Positions 1-9,158 of a stretch of DNA of 64,000 bases are shown piece by piece; the first letter of the stretch is position 1, and every line of letters begins with the position of its first letter. The stretch spans positions 62,001-126,000 of the IMG/VR virus record IMGVR_UViG_3300033388_007730; one strand, written 5' to 3'. The position numbers were made by a program, and so were the translations under genes. The notes below the pieces were generated by a model that worked only from the letters and a program-made list of their open reading frames with translations, had not been told where the DNA came from and searched no databases.

Positions 1-94
1 GGCTATAATACGTATATATGATGAAAGATCAATAAGCGTATTGTTAGAAAGTGATTATGATTTTGGTGTGTAATAATATATAAGGAGGCAGAAA

Positions 95-685
95 ATGTCT
101 ATAGAAGAAAAAAAGAAACCATTGGAGTTTATTTTCACTCCAGATAATGTTCCTGGACCTATAGGCTCAGGGGATTATGAAATAGTTTATAATCCAGATT
201 ACCAATCTAGTGGTAGTATTATGGATTTGTATCCACTCAACATAACCAACAGTGGACAAAGTATTTGTTGCCCAATTGAGTTATTTACTGAGGTGATTGA
301 TTTTTTAACAGAGAAAGGAATTATAGAGGGGAAGGTAAAGGAAACGAATCTTGTTCAGACTAAAATTATTTCTACAATTCCATTACCAGTTATAGATGGT
401 GTTGGTGAGACAGTTCTTGGTCAAGAAGGTTCATCTTCTGTACAACCTTTTACATCTTTTGATGAGACTGATACTGAAATGAATGATATATTGACACCTG
501 ATGATGAGTCTGTTAAAGATGTAGCATCTATAAAAGTTGGAGATAAAGAAGCAGCTTCTGAAGAAATTGTTTCTAGACCAGTAATACGAACTAGAGTTGG
601 TGATAGTGAAGATCCTCAACAGGCAGAGAAAGATGCTGCTGTTATGAGGGGTAATGCAGAAAGTAATTTTAGAAGGACTGATTAA
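95..685 (+). CDS. hypothetical acidic protein
   Basis: 196-aa ORF; strong SD AAGGAGG upstream; no motif recognised. Confidence 0.7.
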   Translation: MSIEEKKKPLEFIFTPDNVPGPIGSGDYEIVYNPDYQSSGSIMDLYPLNITNSGQSICCPIELFTEVIDFLTEKGIIEGKVKETNLVQTKIISTIPLPVIDGVGETVLGQEGSSSVQPFTSFDETDTEMNDILTPDDESVKDVASIKVGDKEAASEEIVSRPVIRTRVGDSEDPQQAEKDAAVMRGNAESNFRRTD

Positions 686-900
686 TGGAGTACAAATGTA
701 CGACAGTTCCTATTAATAAACTTATTTCTACGCCATCTGGCTTTGTAATGCCAATGTGTCAAGAATGTAAAACAATTGATTGTGATAATCCAATAGAGTC
801 TAAGAATATTAGTGTACTAGGCGTTAATAAAAATATAAAAGTGTTCGTAAGAGGAACCCAAATTTCTTTTGTTGTTAATTGTAATGGATACACAAAATGA
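685..900 (+). CDS. small Cys-containing hypothetical protein
   Basis: overlaps previous stop (TAATG); CQECKTIDC motif. Confidence 0.55.
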   Translation: MEYKCTTVPINKLISTPSGFVMPMCQECKTIDCDNPIESKNISVLGVNKNIKVFVRGTQISFVVNCNGYTK

Positions 901-1703
901 GTGCAAGAATTAGTAAAGCTAGACAAACAAGTAGAATTGGAAAGCAAAGAGAAAAAAAACAAGATGAATTCTCTAAGCATCAAAAAAGTATGGCTAAAAT
1001 TAAAGCGAGTCCTAATACTCAAAAGATAAGTTATCCCATATATAAGGAGGCTTATGAATATGTGGATAATTTGTTTCCAGGTTCTGAAGTAAAGAAAGTT
1101 GGTATCTATAAAGTGAGTCCTACTTATCTCACTAAATTGGGATATGGTGGTTGCGGTGGTTTTTATTGTAGGTACTCGAAGGTGATTGTAATTTCATCCT
1201 GGTTTCCAGTGGATAAAAGAAGATATCCATCTAGATATAATTTTAGTATCAAAGCTAAAATAACTAAAGATGAAGTGATAGCACATGAATTGCTTCATTA
1301 TTGTTTTGTAGAAGAGGGTGGCAATTCTAATAGTAGAGAAATAAATGAAGAGTTTGCTTATGGTTGGTCAATTGGATATTTAAGATTTAAAGGACATTCA
1401 GACGATTTTATTATAACAAAGAATTTTTATCCATTCTTGGTAGAGATTATGTCTAAACAGGCTTTAGATTATGTTTTACATTTGGATGGTAGTACCAGAG
1501 CTGAATATAATAAATTTTCTAAATTCAAGCAAAGGGAATTTTTTAGAAAATATGGAATAAAATGGCATAATAAAAGAAAAGAATTAGCATATGAATATGG
1601 GGAAGATCTCATTGAGTTATATGATAGAAAAGCATCAGAGGGAACTCACTGCACTAAAGAAGTTACAAAAACTGACCGATTTGATCTAATGGATCTAGAT
1701 TAG
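897..1703 (+). CDS. putative zincin-like metallopeptidase-domain protein with C-terminal tag
   Basis: VIAHELLHY (HExxH) with downstream EEFAY; ends TDRFDLMDLD. Confidence 0.55.
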   Translation: MSARISKARQTSRIGKQREKKQDEFSKHQKSMAKIKASPNTQKISYPIYKEAYEYVDNLFPGSEVKKVGIYKVSPTYLTKLGYGGCGGFYCRYSKVIVISSWFPVDKRRYPSRYNFSIKAKITKDEVIAHELLHYCFVEEGGNSNSREINEEFAYGWSIGYLRFKGHSDDFIITKNFYPFLVEIMSKQALDYVLHLDGSTRAEYNKFSKFKQREFFRKYGIKWHNKRKELAYEYGEDLIELYDRKASEGTHCTKEVTKTDRFDLMDLD

Positions 1704-1727
1704 AAGGTCTTCATATCGGAGACAACT

Positions 1728-2243
1728 ATGAGCTACGAACATAATTTTGATGAAAAAATTGTGGTATTTCCAGATGAAGAAAATTATCTAAAATGTAAAT
1801 TAGCATATTTAGAATATGAAAAGGGATTTGAAGAGAGTGAGACTCATTTTTCTTTTTTGGAATATATACAAGGTTCTTGGCAGAGTAATTTAATGGGTTG
1901 GGTGGTAGAAGAGATTAAAGATAATGATACAGCTTTTCAAACTTACACTTTTTCTGTAGATTGGTCAGATTCAGCAAATGATAGTTGGAGTAGCTCTTCA
2001 TACACAAATACTACTACAGAAAGTTCTCAATCTGTTGTTGGAGATGATGGAACTATTGTTGGATTTAATGGAGAAACTTTATATACTACTTTAGTACTAG
2101 GCTCTACCAACACTACAGATTTACATAATGGATGGATAAGAACAGATTCTACTCATCGTTATTCTACTGATACTCCAGAAGAACAAGAGAAAAAGAGAAA
2201 AAAGAATGAGTTTGATAGGTTTGATATTTTAGATTTTGATTAG
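1728..2243 (+). CDS. hypothetical protein with C-terminal tag
   Basis: SD GGAG; Ser/Thr-rich middle; ends FDRFDILDFD. Confidence 0.65.
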   Translation: MSYEHNFDEKIVVFPDEENYLKCKLAYLEYEKGFEESETHFSFLEYIQGSWQSNLMGWVVEEIKDNDTAFQTYTFSVDWSDSANDSWSSSSYTNTTTESSQSVVGDDGTIVGFNGETLYTTLVLGSTNTTDLHNGWIRTDSTHRYSTDTPEEQEKKRKKNEFDRFDILDFD

Positions 2244-2250
2244 AATTTTA

Positions 2251-2279
2251 TAGAAAAGTGAAAAGCAATATATTATAAT
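2251..2279 (+). promoter_or_regulatory. sigma70-like promoter
   Basis: TAGAAA-17 nt-TATAAT. Confidence 0.55.
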
Positions 2280-2290
2280 GGGGGAATACA

Positions 2291-2578
2291 ATGATTAAAT
2301 TTTTTTGGTATGAACATCCTAAAACAGGAGAAATATTTTCAGATCAAAGAATGGAAGGGTATGAGGAAAAACCGTTAGTCAAAGGGGGAGTTAAGTGTGA
2401 GTTGGTTAGAGATTATGTTCCTCCTGTAGAAGAAAGAGATGATATTAATTTGGCAATTATCAACAAGAATAGAGAAGTTTTTCAGGCTGATGCTGATTGG
2501 GTGAAAAGATGTAAACCGAAATATGTTAAGTTTCAGGATGGTCATAGAGAGCGTTATGACCCAACTAAACATAACTAG
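2291..2578 (+). CDS. hypothetical protein
   Basis: 95-aa ORF directly downstream of the promoter. Confidence 0.6.
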   Translation: MIKFFWYEHPKTGEIFSDQRMEGYEEKPLVKGGVKCELVRDYVPPVEERDDINLAIINKNREVFQADADWVKRCKPKYVKFQDGHRERYDPTKHN

Positions 2579-2599
2579 AACAAAGATGTAGGAGAAAGA

Positions 2600-2809
2600 A
2601 TGGATGAAAAGAAAAAATGTGATTGGAGTGGTCATTCTAATCGCTACACACTAGCTGATAAATTCTTATTCAATAAACTATTACCAACTTTATTGAGTAA
2701 AGTGGCAAGAGATGAACCTTGGGCGAGAAAAGAGCATAAAGAGATGATGAAAAGATTTGAGAACAATTTTGGTGGAGAGCCTCTAGAAATTAGTGAGGAA
2801 AATAAATGA
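2600..2809 (+). CDS. hypothetical protein
   Basis: SD AGGAG; ATGA overlap with next gene. Confidence 0.55.
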   Translation: MDEKKKCDWSGHSNRYTLADKFLFNKLLPTLLSKVARDEPWARKEHKEMMKRFENNFGGEPLEISEENK

Positions 2810-3171
2810 GATATGTTAGAAAAGAACATATTGTAACCACTATATGTAATGAAGATGTGACAGAGGATGATATTATAAGTAGTGTTTTGGCTAGTCTAAA
2901 AAACAATATGATAGAATTTTCTTTAAACACCAAAAAATATTTTCCAAGTTGTTTTGATTATAAATATACTCATTATAATAAAGTTAAAGTTGAAAGTGTG
3001 GGAGAGAATGTCGTTGATTTTATAATTTTTGACAAGTTTTCTACTACTCATTTAAGAGGCATTCATTTCTCTGACATAGTAGAGATTAGTGCCATTACGA
3101 CAGTAGATAAAATTTTAAAAACCAAACCTAATGCTACCAGGTGGGATTTTTTAGATATAAGAGAGGAATAA
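2806..3171 (+). CDS. hypothetical protein with tag variant
   Basis: ends ATRWDFLDIREE. Confidence 0.6.
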   Translation: MRYVRKEHIVTTICNEDVTEDDIISSVLASLKNNMIEFSLNTKKYFPSCFDYKYTHYNKVKVESVGENVVDFIIFDKFSTTHLRGIHFSDIVEISAITTVDKILKTKPNATRWDFLDIREE

Positions 3172-3173
3172 TT

Positions 3174-3374
3174 ATGGCATATTTAATTAGAGCAATAGGC
3201 GAAAAAATTGGCACTACAGAATATGAGAAAATTGATGATGCAAAAAGTTTTGCAACAACTCATATTGAGAATTACAAAGAGGGATTTGAGATAGTGGATA
3301 AAGGGAGTGGAAGAATTGAGTACACGGATAAAAGAGAAGAAGTGAGCAGAACAGATTTAATAGATTGGGATTAA
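3174..3374 (+). CDS. hypothetical protein with tag variant
   Basis: start moved to ATG 3174 (SD GAGG); ends VSRTDLIDWD. Confidence 0.55.
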   Translation: MAYLIRAIGEKIGTTEYEKIDDAKSFATTHIENYKEGFEIVDKGSGRIEYTDKREEVSRTDLIDWD

Positions 3375-3375
3375 T

Positions 3376-3957
3376 ATGACAGAATGTTATTATATAGGAA
3401 GTAGAAAGTGCAGAGTTCGTACAATAACCCCTAAACAATTGGCAGAAGCAACAGAAGCAGGGATTACAAGAAGAGATTATCATCGTAGTGTCGGCTCTAC
3501 AGGACATTATTATGATCCGGAACAAGGAGAATATAAAAATGAAATATATGGATGTTTGGGAGAGATAGTATTTAGAGATATCGTAAAAAAAAATGGTCTT
3601 GGATCTGTTTCTCATTTTTATCCGTTTTATTCAATTGGCAGGGAAGAGATAGCAAAAAAGGCAAATCATGATGCGGAGATATGTTCAAAGACAATAGAAG
3701 TAAAAACAGTTATTCCTCCAAGCGGGCATAAAAAAAGAATATTAGTTAAATTAAGAGAGTATAAAAAAGGAATTAATTTTTATGTTGTTGTTAAATTTAT
3801 TAATGATAATGAATATGTCTTTGCTGGATTTTGTACTGATGAAGAGTTGAAAATAAATACACCACGTAGTTTTGGGCAGGGAGGAAAATGTTATTGGAGA
3901 TTGTTGGAAGATTTGCATCACATGAAAAAAGATTGGTGGGAATTTGAGGAGAAGTAA
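3376..3957 (+). CDS. putative PD-(D/E)XK restriction-endonuclease-fold protein
   Basis: GCLGE...HDAEI...IEVKT pattern. Confidence 0.45.
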   Translation: MTECYYIGSRKCRVRTITPKQLAEATEAGITRRDYHRSVGSTGHYYDPEQGEYKNEIYGCLGEIVFRDIVKKNGLGSVSHFYPFYSIGREEIAKKANHDAEICSKTIEVKTVIPPSGHKKRILVKLREYKKGINFYVVVKFINDNEYVFAGFCTDEELKINTPRSFGQGGKCYWRLLEDLHHMKKDWWEFEEK

Positions 3958-3958
3958 A

Positions 3959-4255
3959 ATGGAAGAACACAGTCCATATTTTAATTATATTACATGGAAA
4001 CAAATGGCAGAGATTTCAACTTCTGTGACAGAGAATGGTGTAGTAGATGACATGTTATTTGCATTAAAGTTGCTCTCTATAATATATTGTATCGAAGAAG
4101 ATATATTAAAGGATATGAAGATGAGTGACATTATGAGATTGAAAAATGCTGTTGAGAAAGGAACACCAGAGGATGTTAAAAGAGAGAAAAAATGGGTGAT
4201 AAGTTATATTAAAGATAAATATGAAGTTGATAGATTTGAGTTGATGGACTTGTAA
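3959..4255 (+). CDS. hypothetical protein with C-terminal tag
   Basis: SD GAGGAG before ATG 3959; ends VDRFELMDL. Confidence 0.6.
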   Translation: MEEHSPYFNYITWKQMAEISTSVTENGVVDDMLFALKLLSIIYCIEEDILKDMKMSDIMRLKNAVEKGTPEDVKREKKWVISYIKDKYEVDRFELMDL

Positions 4256-4317
4256 GATGGATATTGATATTAGTTTTTTGTCGAAAGAACAATTAAGAAA
4301 ATAAATTAATTCCTATT

Positions 4318-4500
4318 ATGGGTAAGCTAAAAGCTAAAGAGTTTCAGTATGAAGAATTATTTTCGGAAGTTAAAGAGATAAAAGAGAAAAACAAGGAAAA
4401 TGAATCTAAAATTGAAGAATTAGAAAAAAGCAATAAAGAGTTAGAAGAAAGCAATAAGAAGTTGAATAAATATACCAAATTTGAGGCGATGGACATTTGA
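4318..4500 (+). CDS. small coiled-coil protein with C-terminal tag
   Basis: heptad-like ELEKSNKELEESNK; ends YTKFEAMDI. Confidence 0.55.
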   Translation: MGKLKAKEFQYEELFSEVKEIKEKNKENESKIEELEKSNKELEESNKKLNKYTKFEAMDI

Positions 4501-4516
4501 AAAGACTTGAAGCCAC

Positions 4517-4611
4517 ATTCTACTATATTAATTCTACTATATTATAAATATACTATATTAAAAAATATTGTCACTGGCATTGTCACAAATGTCATCCTTG
4601 TGGAGAAGGAT
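4517..4611. repeat. intergenic direct repeats and hairpin upstream of dnaE
   Basis: ATTCTACTATATTA at 4517 and 4531, variant at 4547; TGTCA at 4569, 4581, 4590; ATCCTT-6 nt-AAGGAT inverted repeat at 4594-4611. Confidence 0.7.
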
Positions 4612-4665
4612 TGGAAAAGTTGTTCAAAATGGTAGATAAAATGAAAAAAAAGGAATCAAAAAAAG

Positions 4666-6066
4666 ATGAAATTCAGTAATAAAGAGTTTGTGCATTGGCA
4701 TGTTCATAGCGAAAATTCGAAATTTGACGGATTGGCGAAATTAGATGAGTTAGTAATGAGAGCAAGAGAGATGGGGTTCCCAGCTCTTGCACTTACTGAC
4801 CATGGAAATATTCAGGGCTGGATTCAGTTCTTGAAATTAGCGAGAGCTACTAAAGATAAAAAAGGTAATGATATTCCTTATGCTCCTATTAAACCTATTC
4901 TTGGTTGCGAGTTTTATCTTTCCCGAAAAATGGATATAGGTCAATATGATGAAAAGATGAAGAAGAAGGGTGAGCCTGTAAGACAACAACCGGATAAGAG
5001 GAAAGGAAATAGACATTTAAATCTTTACGCAATGAACTTTAAGGGATATAAGAATATTTGCAGATTATCTCAAGCTTCATTCACAAGAGGATTTTACTCA
5101 GATCCAAGAATTGATATAACTACTTTAGCGGAGCATAGTGAAGGTGTTATGATAGGTTCTGCTTGCTTATCTAGTCTGATTAATGTTAATCTTATGTATG
5201 GAAGATACAATGAAGCTAAACAAGTTTGCACTACTTTAAAAGATATATTTGGAGAGAATTTTTTCCTAGAAATAATGTATCATGGAATTCCTGAAGAAAG
5301 AGAAATATTACCTTACATATTTCAACTATCAAAAGAATTAGAGATACCAGTAGTCGCTACTAATGATTCTCATTATATACATAAGGAACAAGGAAGATCA
5401 CAAGAGTTATTAATGTGCATGTCTCAGCAGAGGTGTATAAAAGATTCTAAAAGATTAAACTTTAGACATATGGAATTTTATTTGAAAAGTGCTGATGAGA
5501 TGTACAAATTATTTAAGGGTCATCCAGAAGCTCTTGTAAATTCAAGAGTATTGGCAGAGAGAATTAATACAAAAGATATTGAAGAGAATTTGTTTGGAGG
5601 TATGAGACTTCCTATTTTTGATATCCCATCAGAGCATAAAGATCCATTTGAGTATATGGAAAAATTAGCCTGGGAAGGAATGAAAAAGATTGGATGGGAT
5701 AAGAGTCAACCACACATAGACGCATTGAAAATGGAGATAAATGATGTGTTAGTGGCAAGAGATAATAATAATTATGATTTTGCTACATATTTCTTAATAG
5801 TAAAAGATTATATTGAGAATGCAAGAGATAATGGTGTGTTAGTAGGTTGCGGAAGAGGAAGTGGATATGCCAGTGTGTTGTTAAGGTGTCTTGGAATTAC
5901 TTATGGAGCTGATCCTTTAGAGTATGGACTTTTATGGGAAAGATTTTTAGGGTTCTCAGATTCTAGGTTCATTAAAGAAAATGATTTTGGCTTTGAAACG
6001 GATATAATTCAACAAACATTAGATATGGATGTTGGTGGTGATGTAGAGGAAGATTTTAATGGATGA
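4666..6066 (+). CDS. dnaE: DNA polymerase III alpha, piece 1 (PHP domain plus start of palm)
   Basis: HWHVHSENSKFDG, ALALTDHGN, GCEFY, VVATNDSHY, GCGRGSG, LGITYGADPLEYGLLWERFL. Confidence 0.9.
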   Translation: MKFSNKEFVHWHVHSENSKFDGLAKLDELVMRAREMGFPALALTDHGNIQGWIQFLKLARATKDKKGNDIPYAPIKPILGCEFYLSRKMDIGQYDEKMKKKGEPVRQQPDKRKGNRHLNLYAMNFKGYKNICRLSQASFTRGFYSDPRIDITTLAEHSEGVMIGSACLSSLINVNLMYGRYNEAKQVCTTLKDIFGENFFLEIMYHGIPEEREILPYIFQLSKELEIPVVATNDSHYIHKEQGRSQELLMCMSQQRCIKDSKRLNFRHMEFYLKSADEMYKLFKGHPEALVNSRVLAERINTKDIEENLFGGMRLPIFDIPSEHKDPFEYMEKLAWEGMKKIGWDKSQPHIDALKMEINDVLVARDNNNYDFATYFLIVKDYIENARDNGVLVGCGRGSGYASVLLRCLGITYGADPLEYGLLWERFLGFSDSRFIKENDFGFETDIIQQTLDMDVGGDVEEDFNG

Positions 6067-6244
6067 ACAGAAAGAATTACTATGTAGATTTTGGGAAAAG
6101 AAATTGGGTCTAGAGTATATGTAATATCTTAGAGATCGAAAAAATGATTACCTTATGAGTATTTTAGAAGAAGATTAGAATAAATTTGATATTATAGACA
6201 TAGATAAAGAAGAAGAAAAAGAAGATGATATATGTTCCACTTAG
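6059..6244 (+). pseudogene. small tagged ORF interrupted by two in-frame stops
   Basis: SD GAGGA, ATG 6059; TAA 6122 and TAG 6176 in frame; readthrough gives ...NKFDIIDIDKEEE. Confidence 0.4.
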
Positions 6245-6404
6245 TGATGAAGAAAAAGGACAATTAAAACAGTACTGGCTGACAATGCGTCCAAAAGAAT
6301 ATGTTGATGTTCTATTTGATGATCTTCCTGTCCCTCATTATTGTTGTGATTATATGGTAAATATTACAGAGACACAAAAAAGATTTGAGTTAATGGATAT
6401 ATGA
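6225..6404 (+). CDS. 59-aa hypothetical protein with C-terminal tag (absent from ORF track)
   Basis: hand translation MIYVPLSDEEKG...TETQKRFELMDI*. Confidence 0.65.
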   Translation: MIYVPLSDEEKGQLKQYWLTMRPKEYVDVLFDDLPVPHYCCDYMVNITETQKRFELMDI

Positions 6405-6422
6405 GTATAAGAATAAAGAAAC

Positions 6423-6662
6423 TTGATGATAGAGGTAATTTATTTTAAATATGATAATGGATACGAGGTCTGGAGAGATTTTGATGAGGAAAATAATTGT
6501 ATTCATTGGAAAGATTTTAGTGGAGTAGAACATTGGTGGGAGCATAGAGTAGAAACTTCAGTGATGTGTATAAAAATTACAAAAGAAGAATTTGAGGAAA
6601 TAGAAGCAAAGAAAAAAGGAAAGAAAAATATTTATACAAGATTTGAGATAATGGATATGTGA
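6423..6662 (+). CDS. short aromatic-repeat protein with C-terminal tag; true start probably 6401 with a frameshift near 6440
   Basis: repeat units YFKYDNGYEVWRDF / IHWKDFSGVEHWWEH; ends YTRFEIMDM; upstream frame MSIRIKKLDDRGNL fits the repeat. Confidence 0.55.
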   Translation: MMIEVIYFKYDNGYEVWRDFDEENNCIHWKDFSGVEHWWEHRVETSVMCIKITKEEFEEIEAKKKGKKNIYTRFEIMDM

Positions 6663-6673
6663 AAGAAGATTAA

Positions 6674-7723
6674 ATGCCTGATTTAGAAATAATTAGAAAA
6701 GAAATTATAGAGGAAATAAGCAATAGATTGAAAGGTGATCCTAGATTGCCAAAAGCTGTTTCTAAAGCAAATGAAGAGTTAGATGTTATGAGCAATACTA
6801 ACGGATTAGAACAGAAAAACAATTTAGAAACATTTTATTCTATATGGAAGAAGAATCAAGGGAAAGTTGGACATAAAAATGAGATAAACAGTTGGACAGC
6901 TTTCTTTTTAGGAATGACAGAAACTAAACCTGAAAAAGGTAGTGAGTTCGTTCCCATAAGAAGGTGTTTCGCAAGAGCTGGGTTCCCAGACATAGATACA
7001 GATTTTGATGATGAGAAGAGAGATAGTGTTTATGACTACATCATTGCAAAATATGGAAGAGAAAATGTTGGTAATATTGGTACTCATGGAAAGCTGAAAT
7101 TTAAGAGCTGTGTGACAAGAGTTGTTAAGGCATTAGATGTGGCAGGATCTTTCCTTAAAAGTCCAGAGGCTTATATTTCTGATAATGCTCAAAAGGTTAC
7201 AGAGATATTAGAGCCATTTCCTAAAAAGGGATTAATGAAAGTTACTGATGAAGATGGCAATGAGCATTTGATAAAGAATTTTAAAGATGCTTATAGATAT
7301 TGTCCTGATTTTGCTAAGTCTATAGACAAACATCCAGAGATAAAAATACACGCCGAACATATAGAAGGAACATTTGCAAATTTTGGTTGTTTAGCAGCTA
7401 ATACTCCGATTTTAACTGAAAAAGGTTGGATAAGAATAGATCAATTAACTACTAAATATAAAATAGCTTATGTTGATAAAGATGAAAAAATTAAATATAC
7501 TGATGAGTTCAAGAAGTTTAAAACAGGTATAAAAAAGACATACCGAATGAGATTATCTAGCGGTTCATTCATTGATGTGACAGATGAACATTTAATTTTT
7601 ACAGATAAGGGATGTGTTAAGTTTGAAGAAATTAGAAAAAATCAAAAAAAATATAAAATATATGAAGTTAAAGAATATATCAAAGAACGACGAGCCAAGC
7701 TTTGTGATATATTAGATAATTAA
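6674..7723 (+). CDS. dnaE: DNA polymerase III alpha, piece 2, fused to N-terminal half of a split intein
   Basis: FPDIDTDFDD catalytic motif, YIIAKYGRENV, IEGTFANFG then intein block A CLAANTPILT. Confidence 0.88.
   Translation: MPDLEIIRKEIIEEISNRLKGDPRLPKAVSKANEELDVMSNTNGLEQKNNLETFYSIWKKNQGKVGHKNEINSWTAFFLGMTETKPEKGSEFVPIRRCFARAGFPDIDTDFDDEKRDSVYDYIIAKYGRENVGNIGTHGKLKFKSCVTRVVKALDVAGSFLKSPEAYISDNAQKVTEILEPFPKKGLMKVTDEDGNEHLIKNFKDAYRYCPDFAKSIDKHPEIKIHAEHIEGTFANFGCLAANTPILTEKGWIRIDQLTTKYKIAYVDKDEKIKYTDEFKKFKTGIKKTYRMRLSSGSFIDVTDEHLIFTDKGCVKFEEIRKNQKKYKIYEVKEYIKERRAKLCDILDN
7388..7723 (+). mobile_element. split intein N-fragment (IntN, 111 aa)
   Basis: starts Cys CLAANTPILTEKG; block B IDVTDEHLIFT; stop follows with no endonuclease. 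Confidence 0.85.
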
Positions 7724-7751
7724 TTACCTAATCATAAGGTTATGGAGGGAA

Positions 7752-7895
7752 ATGATGAATAATTGTGAGTTATTTGAAATAGTATCAATAGAAGAATTAG
7801 ATTTTGAAGATGTTTATGATATCTCTATGAATGAGGGTCCAGAATTTTTTCAAAATGAGCATAATTATGTGGCTAGCAATATAGTTGTTCATAAT
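7752..7895 (+). mobile_element. split intein C-fragment (IntC, about 48 aa)
   Basis: block F VYDISM...HNYVASNI and block G VVHN followed by +1 Cys. Confidence 0.85.
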
Positions 7896-9152
7896 TGTCA
7901 CGCTGCTGGAGTTGTGGTATCGGATGTCCCACTTGATGAGATTGCTCCGTTGAGAACAGCAAGGAAAGGTATGTTAGCAACTCAGTTCCCTAATGAAGAT
8001 TTAGAGACTTTGGGTTTGATAAAATTTGATATATTAGCTATCGCTACTTTGTCTGTTATAAAAAATACTGTGGAAATGATTAGAAAGAATTATGATATAA
8101 CAATAGATATAGAGAATTTACCGTTAGATGATCAAATGACTTTTGAGATGTATAGAACCGGAAATCTTGGAGGTGTCTTCCAATGTGAGAATTGGGGTAT
8201 GCAAAGGACAATGAGAGATATTAAGGTTGACAGTTTTGGAGATATAGTTGCTGGTTTAGCATTATACAGACCTGGACCTATGGATTCTATCCCTAAATAT
8301 TGTGCTAGAAAAAATGGAGAAGAGGACGTTAGTTATTTTCATCCTTCAATTGAACCTCACGTTAAGAAGTATCTTGAAAAAACTTATGGAATTTTATGTT
8401 ATCAAGAACAGGTTATGCAGATTTGTAATTCATTAGCTGGATTTACTATTACTGATGGTTATATTATGATTAAAGCTATTGGTAAGAAAAAAGATTATTT
8501 GATGAATAAATTTAAAGAACAATTCATAGGTGGATGTGTTAAGAATGGTGTAGATGAGTATGTCGCTATAGAATACTGGACTAAATTTATAACTCCATTT
8601 GCAAGTTATGGGTTTAATTTGGCGCACAGTGCTTGTTACGGTTATAATTCTTATACTACTGCTTATTTAAAAGCACATTATCCTGAAGAGTTTATGTGTT
8701 CATTCTTAAATGTTATAACTCATGGATCTGGAGATAAATATGATAAGATAGAAGCATTTGAGAGAGAATTTAAGAGGAAAATGAATGTTAAGTTTCTTCC
8801 AAGAGATATTAATCGGTCGAAGGTGGAGTATATCGTTGAAAAGCCTGGAGATAGATGCGGAGTAACAAAGATAGAGATGAGACCTAGTTTAATATGCAAA
8901 GGAGTTGGATTTAAAGCTGCTGAGGACATAGAGCAAAATCAACCATTCAAAGATTTGGAAGAGTTTGTTGAGAAGATAAATACTTCTACTGTAGATACTA
9001 GAGTTATTGAAGCATTGGCAATAGGCGGATATTGGGGCAAGAAATATGTCAAGGATCCACTTAGTTTAGTCAAAAAGTTCACTATGATACGCGATGATAG
9101 AAAAAAATCTTTTCAAAAAGGATATGAACCAGGAGCAGATATTTTTGGATAA
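7752..9152 (+). CDS. dnaE: split intein C-fragment fused to DNA polymerase III alpha piece 3
   Basis: own SD GGAGG at 7744; ...NIVVHN|CHAAGVVVSD, KFDIL, GVFQCE, ALYRPGPMD, FASYGFNLAHSACY, YLKAHYP; no OB-fold or tau-binding tail. Confidence 0.9.
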   Translation: MMNNCELFEIVSIEELDFEDVYDISMNEGPEFFQNEHNYVASNIVVHNCHAAGVVVSDVPLDEIAPLRTARKGMLATQFPNEDLETLGLIKFDILAIATLSVIKNTVEMIRKNYDITIDIENLPLDDQMTFEMYRTGNLGGVFQCENWGMQRTMRDIKVDSFGDIVAGLALYRPGPMDSIPKYCARKNGEEDVSYFHPSIEPHVKKYLEKTYGILCYQEQVMQICNSLAGFTITDGYIMIKAIGKKKDYLMNKFKEQFIGGCVKNGVDEYVAIEYWTKFITPFASYGFNLAHSACYGYNSYTTAYLKAHYPEEFMCSFLNVITHGSGDKYDKIEAFEREFKRKMNVKFLPRDINRSKVEYIVEKPGDRCGVTKIEMRPSLICKGVGFKAAEDIEQNQPFKDLEEFVEKINTSTVDTRVIEALAIGGYWGKKYVKDPLSLVKKFTMIRDDRKKSFQKGYEPGADIFG

Positions 9153-9158
9153 TTTTCT

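Noticed and set aside
4569-4595. Pho box suggested by TGTCA repeats
   Set aside because: Spacing is 12 and 9 nt rather than the 11-nt period
6067-6673. Group I/II intron joining dnaE pieces 1 and 2
   Set aside because: The interval is filled by small ORFs, shows no recognisable intron structure, and both flanking pieces have extra terminal coding sequence; not formally excluded without RNA data
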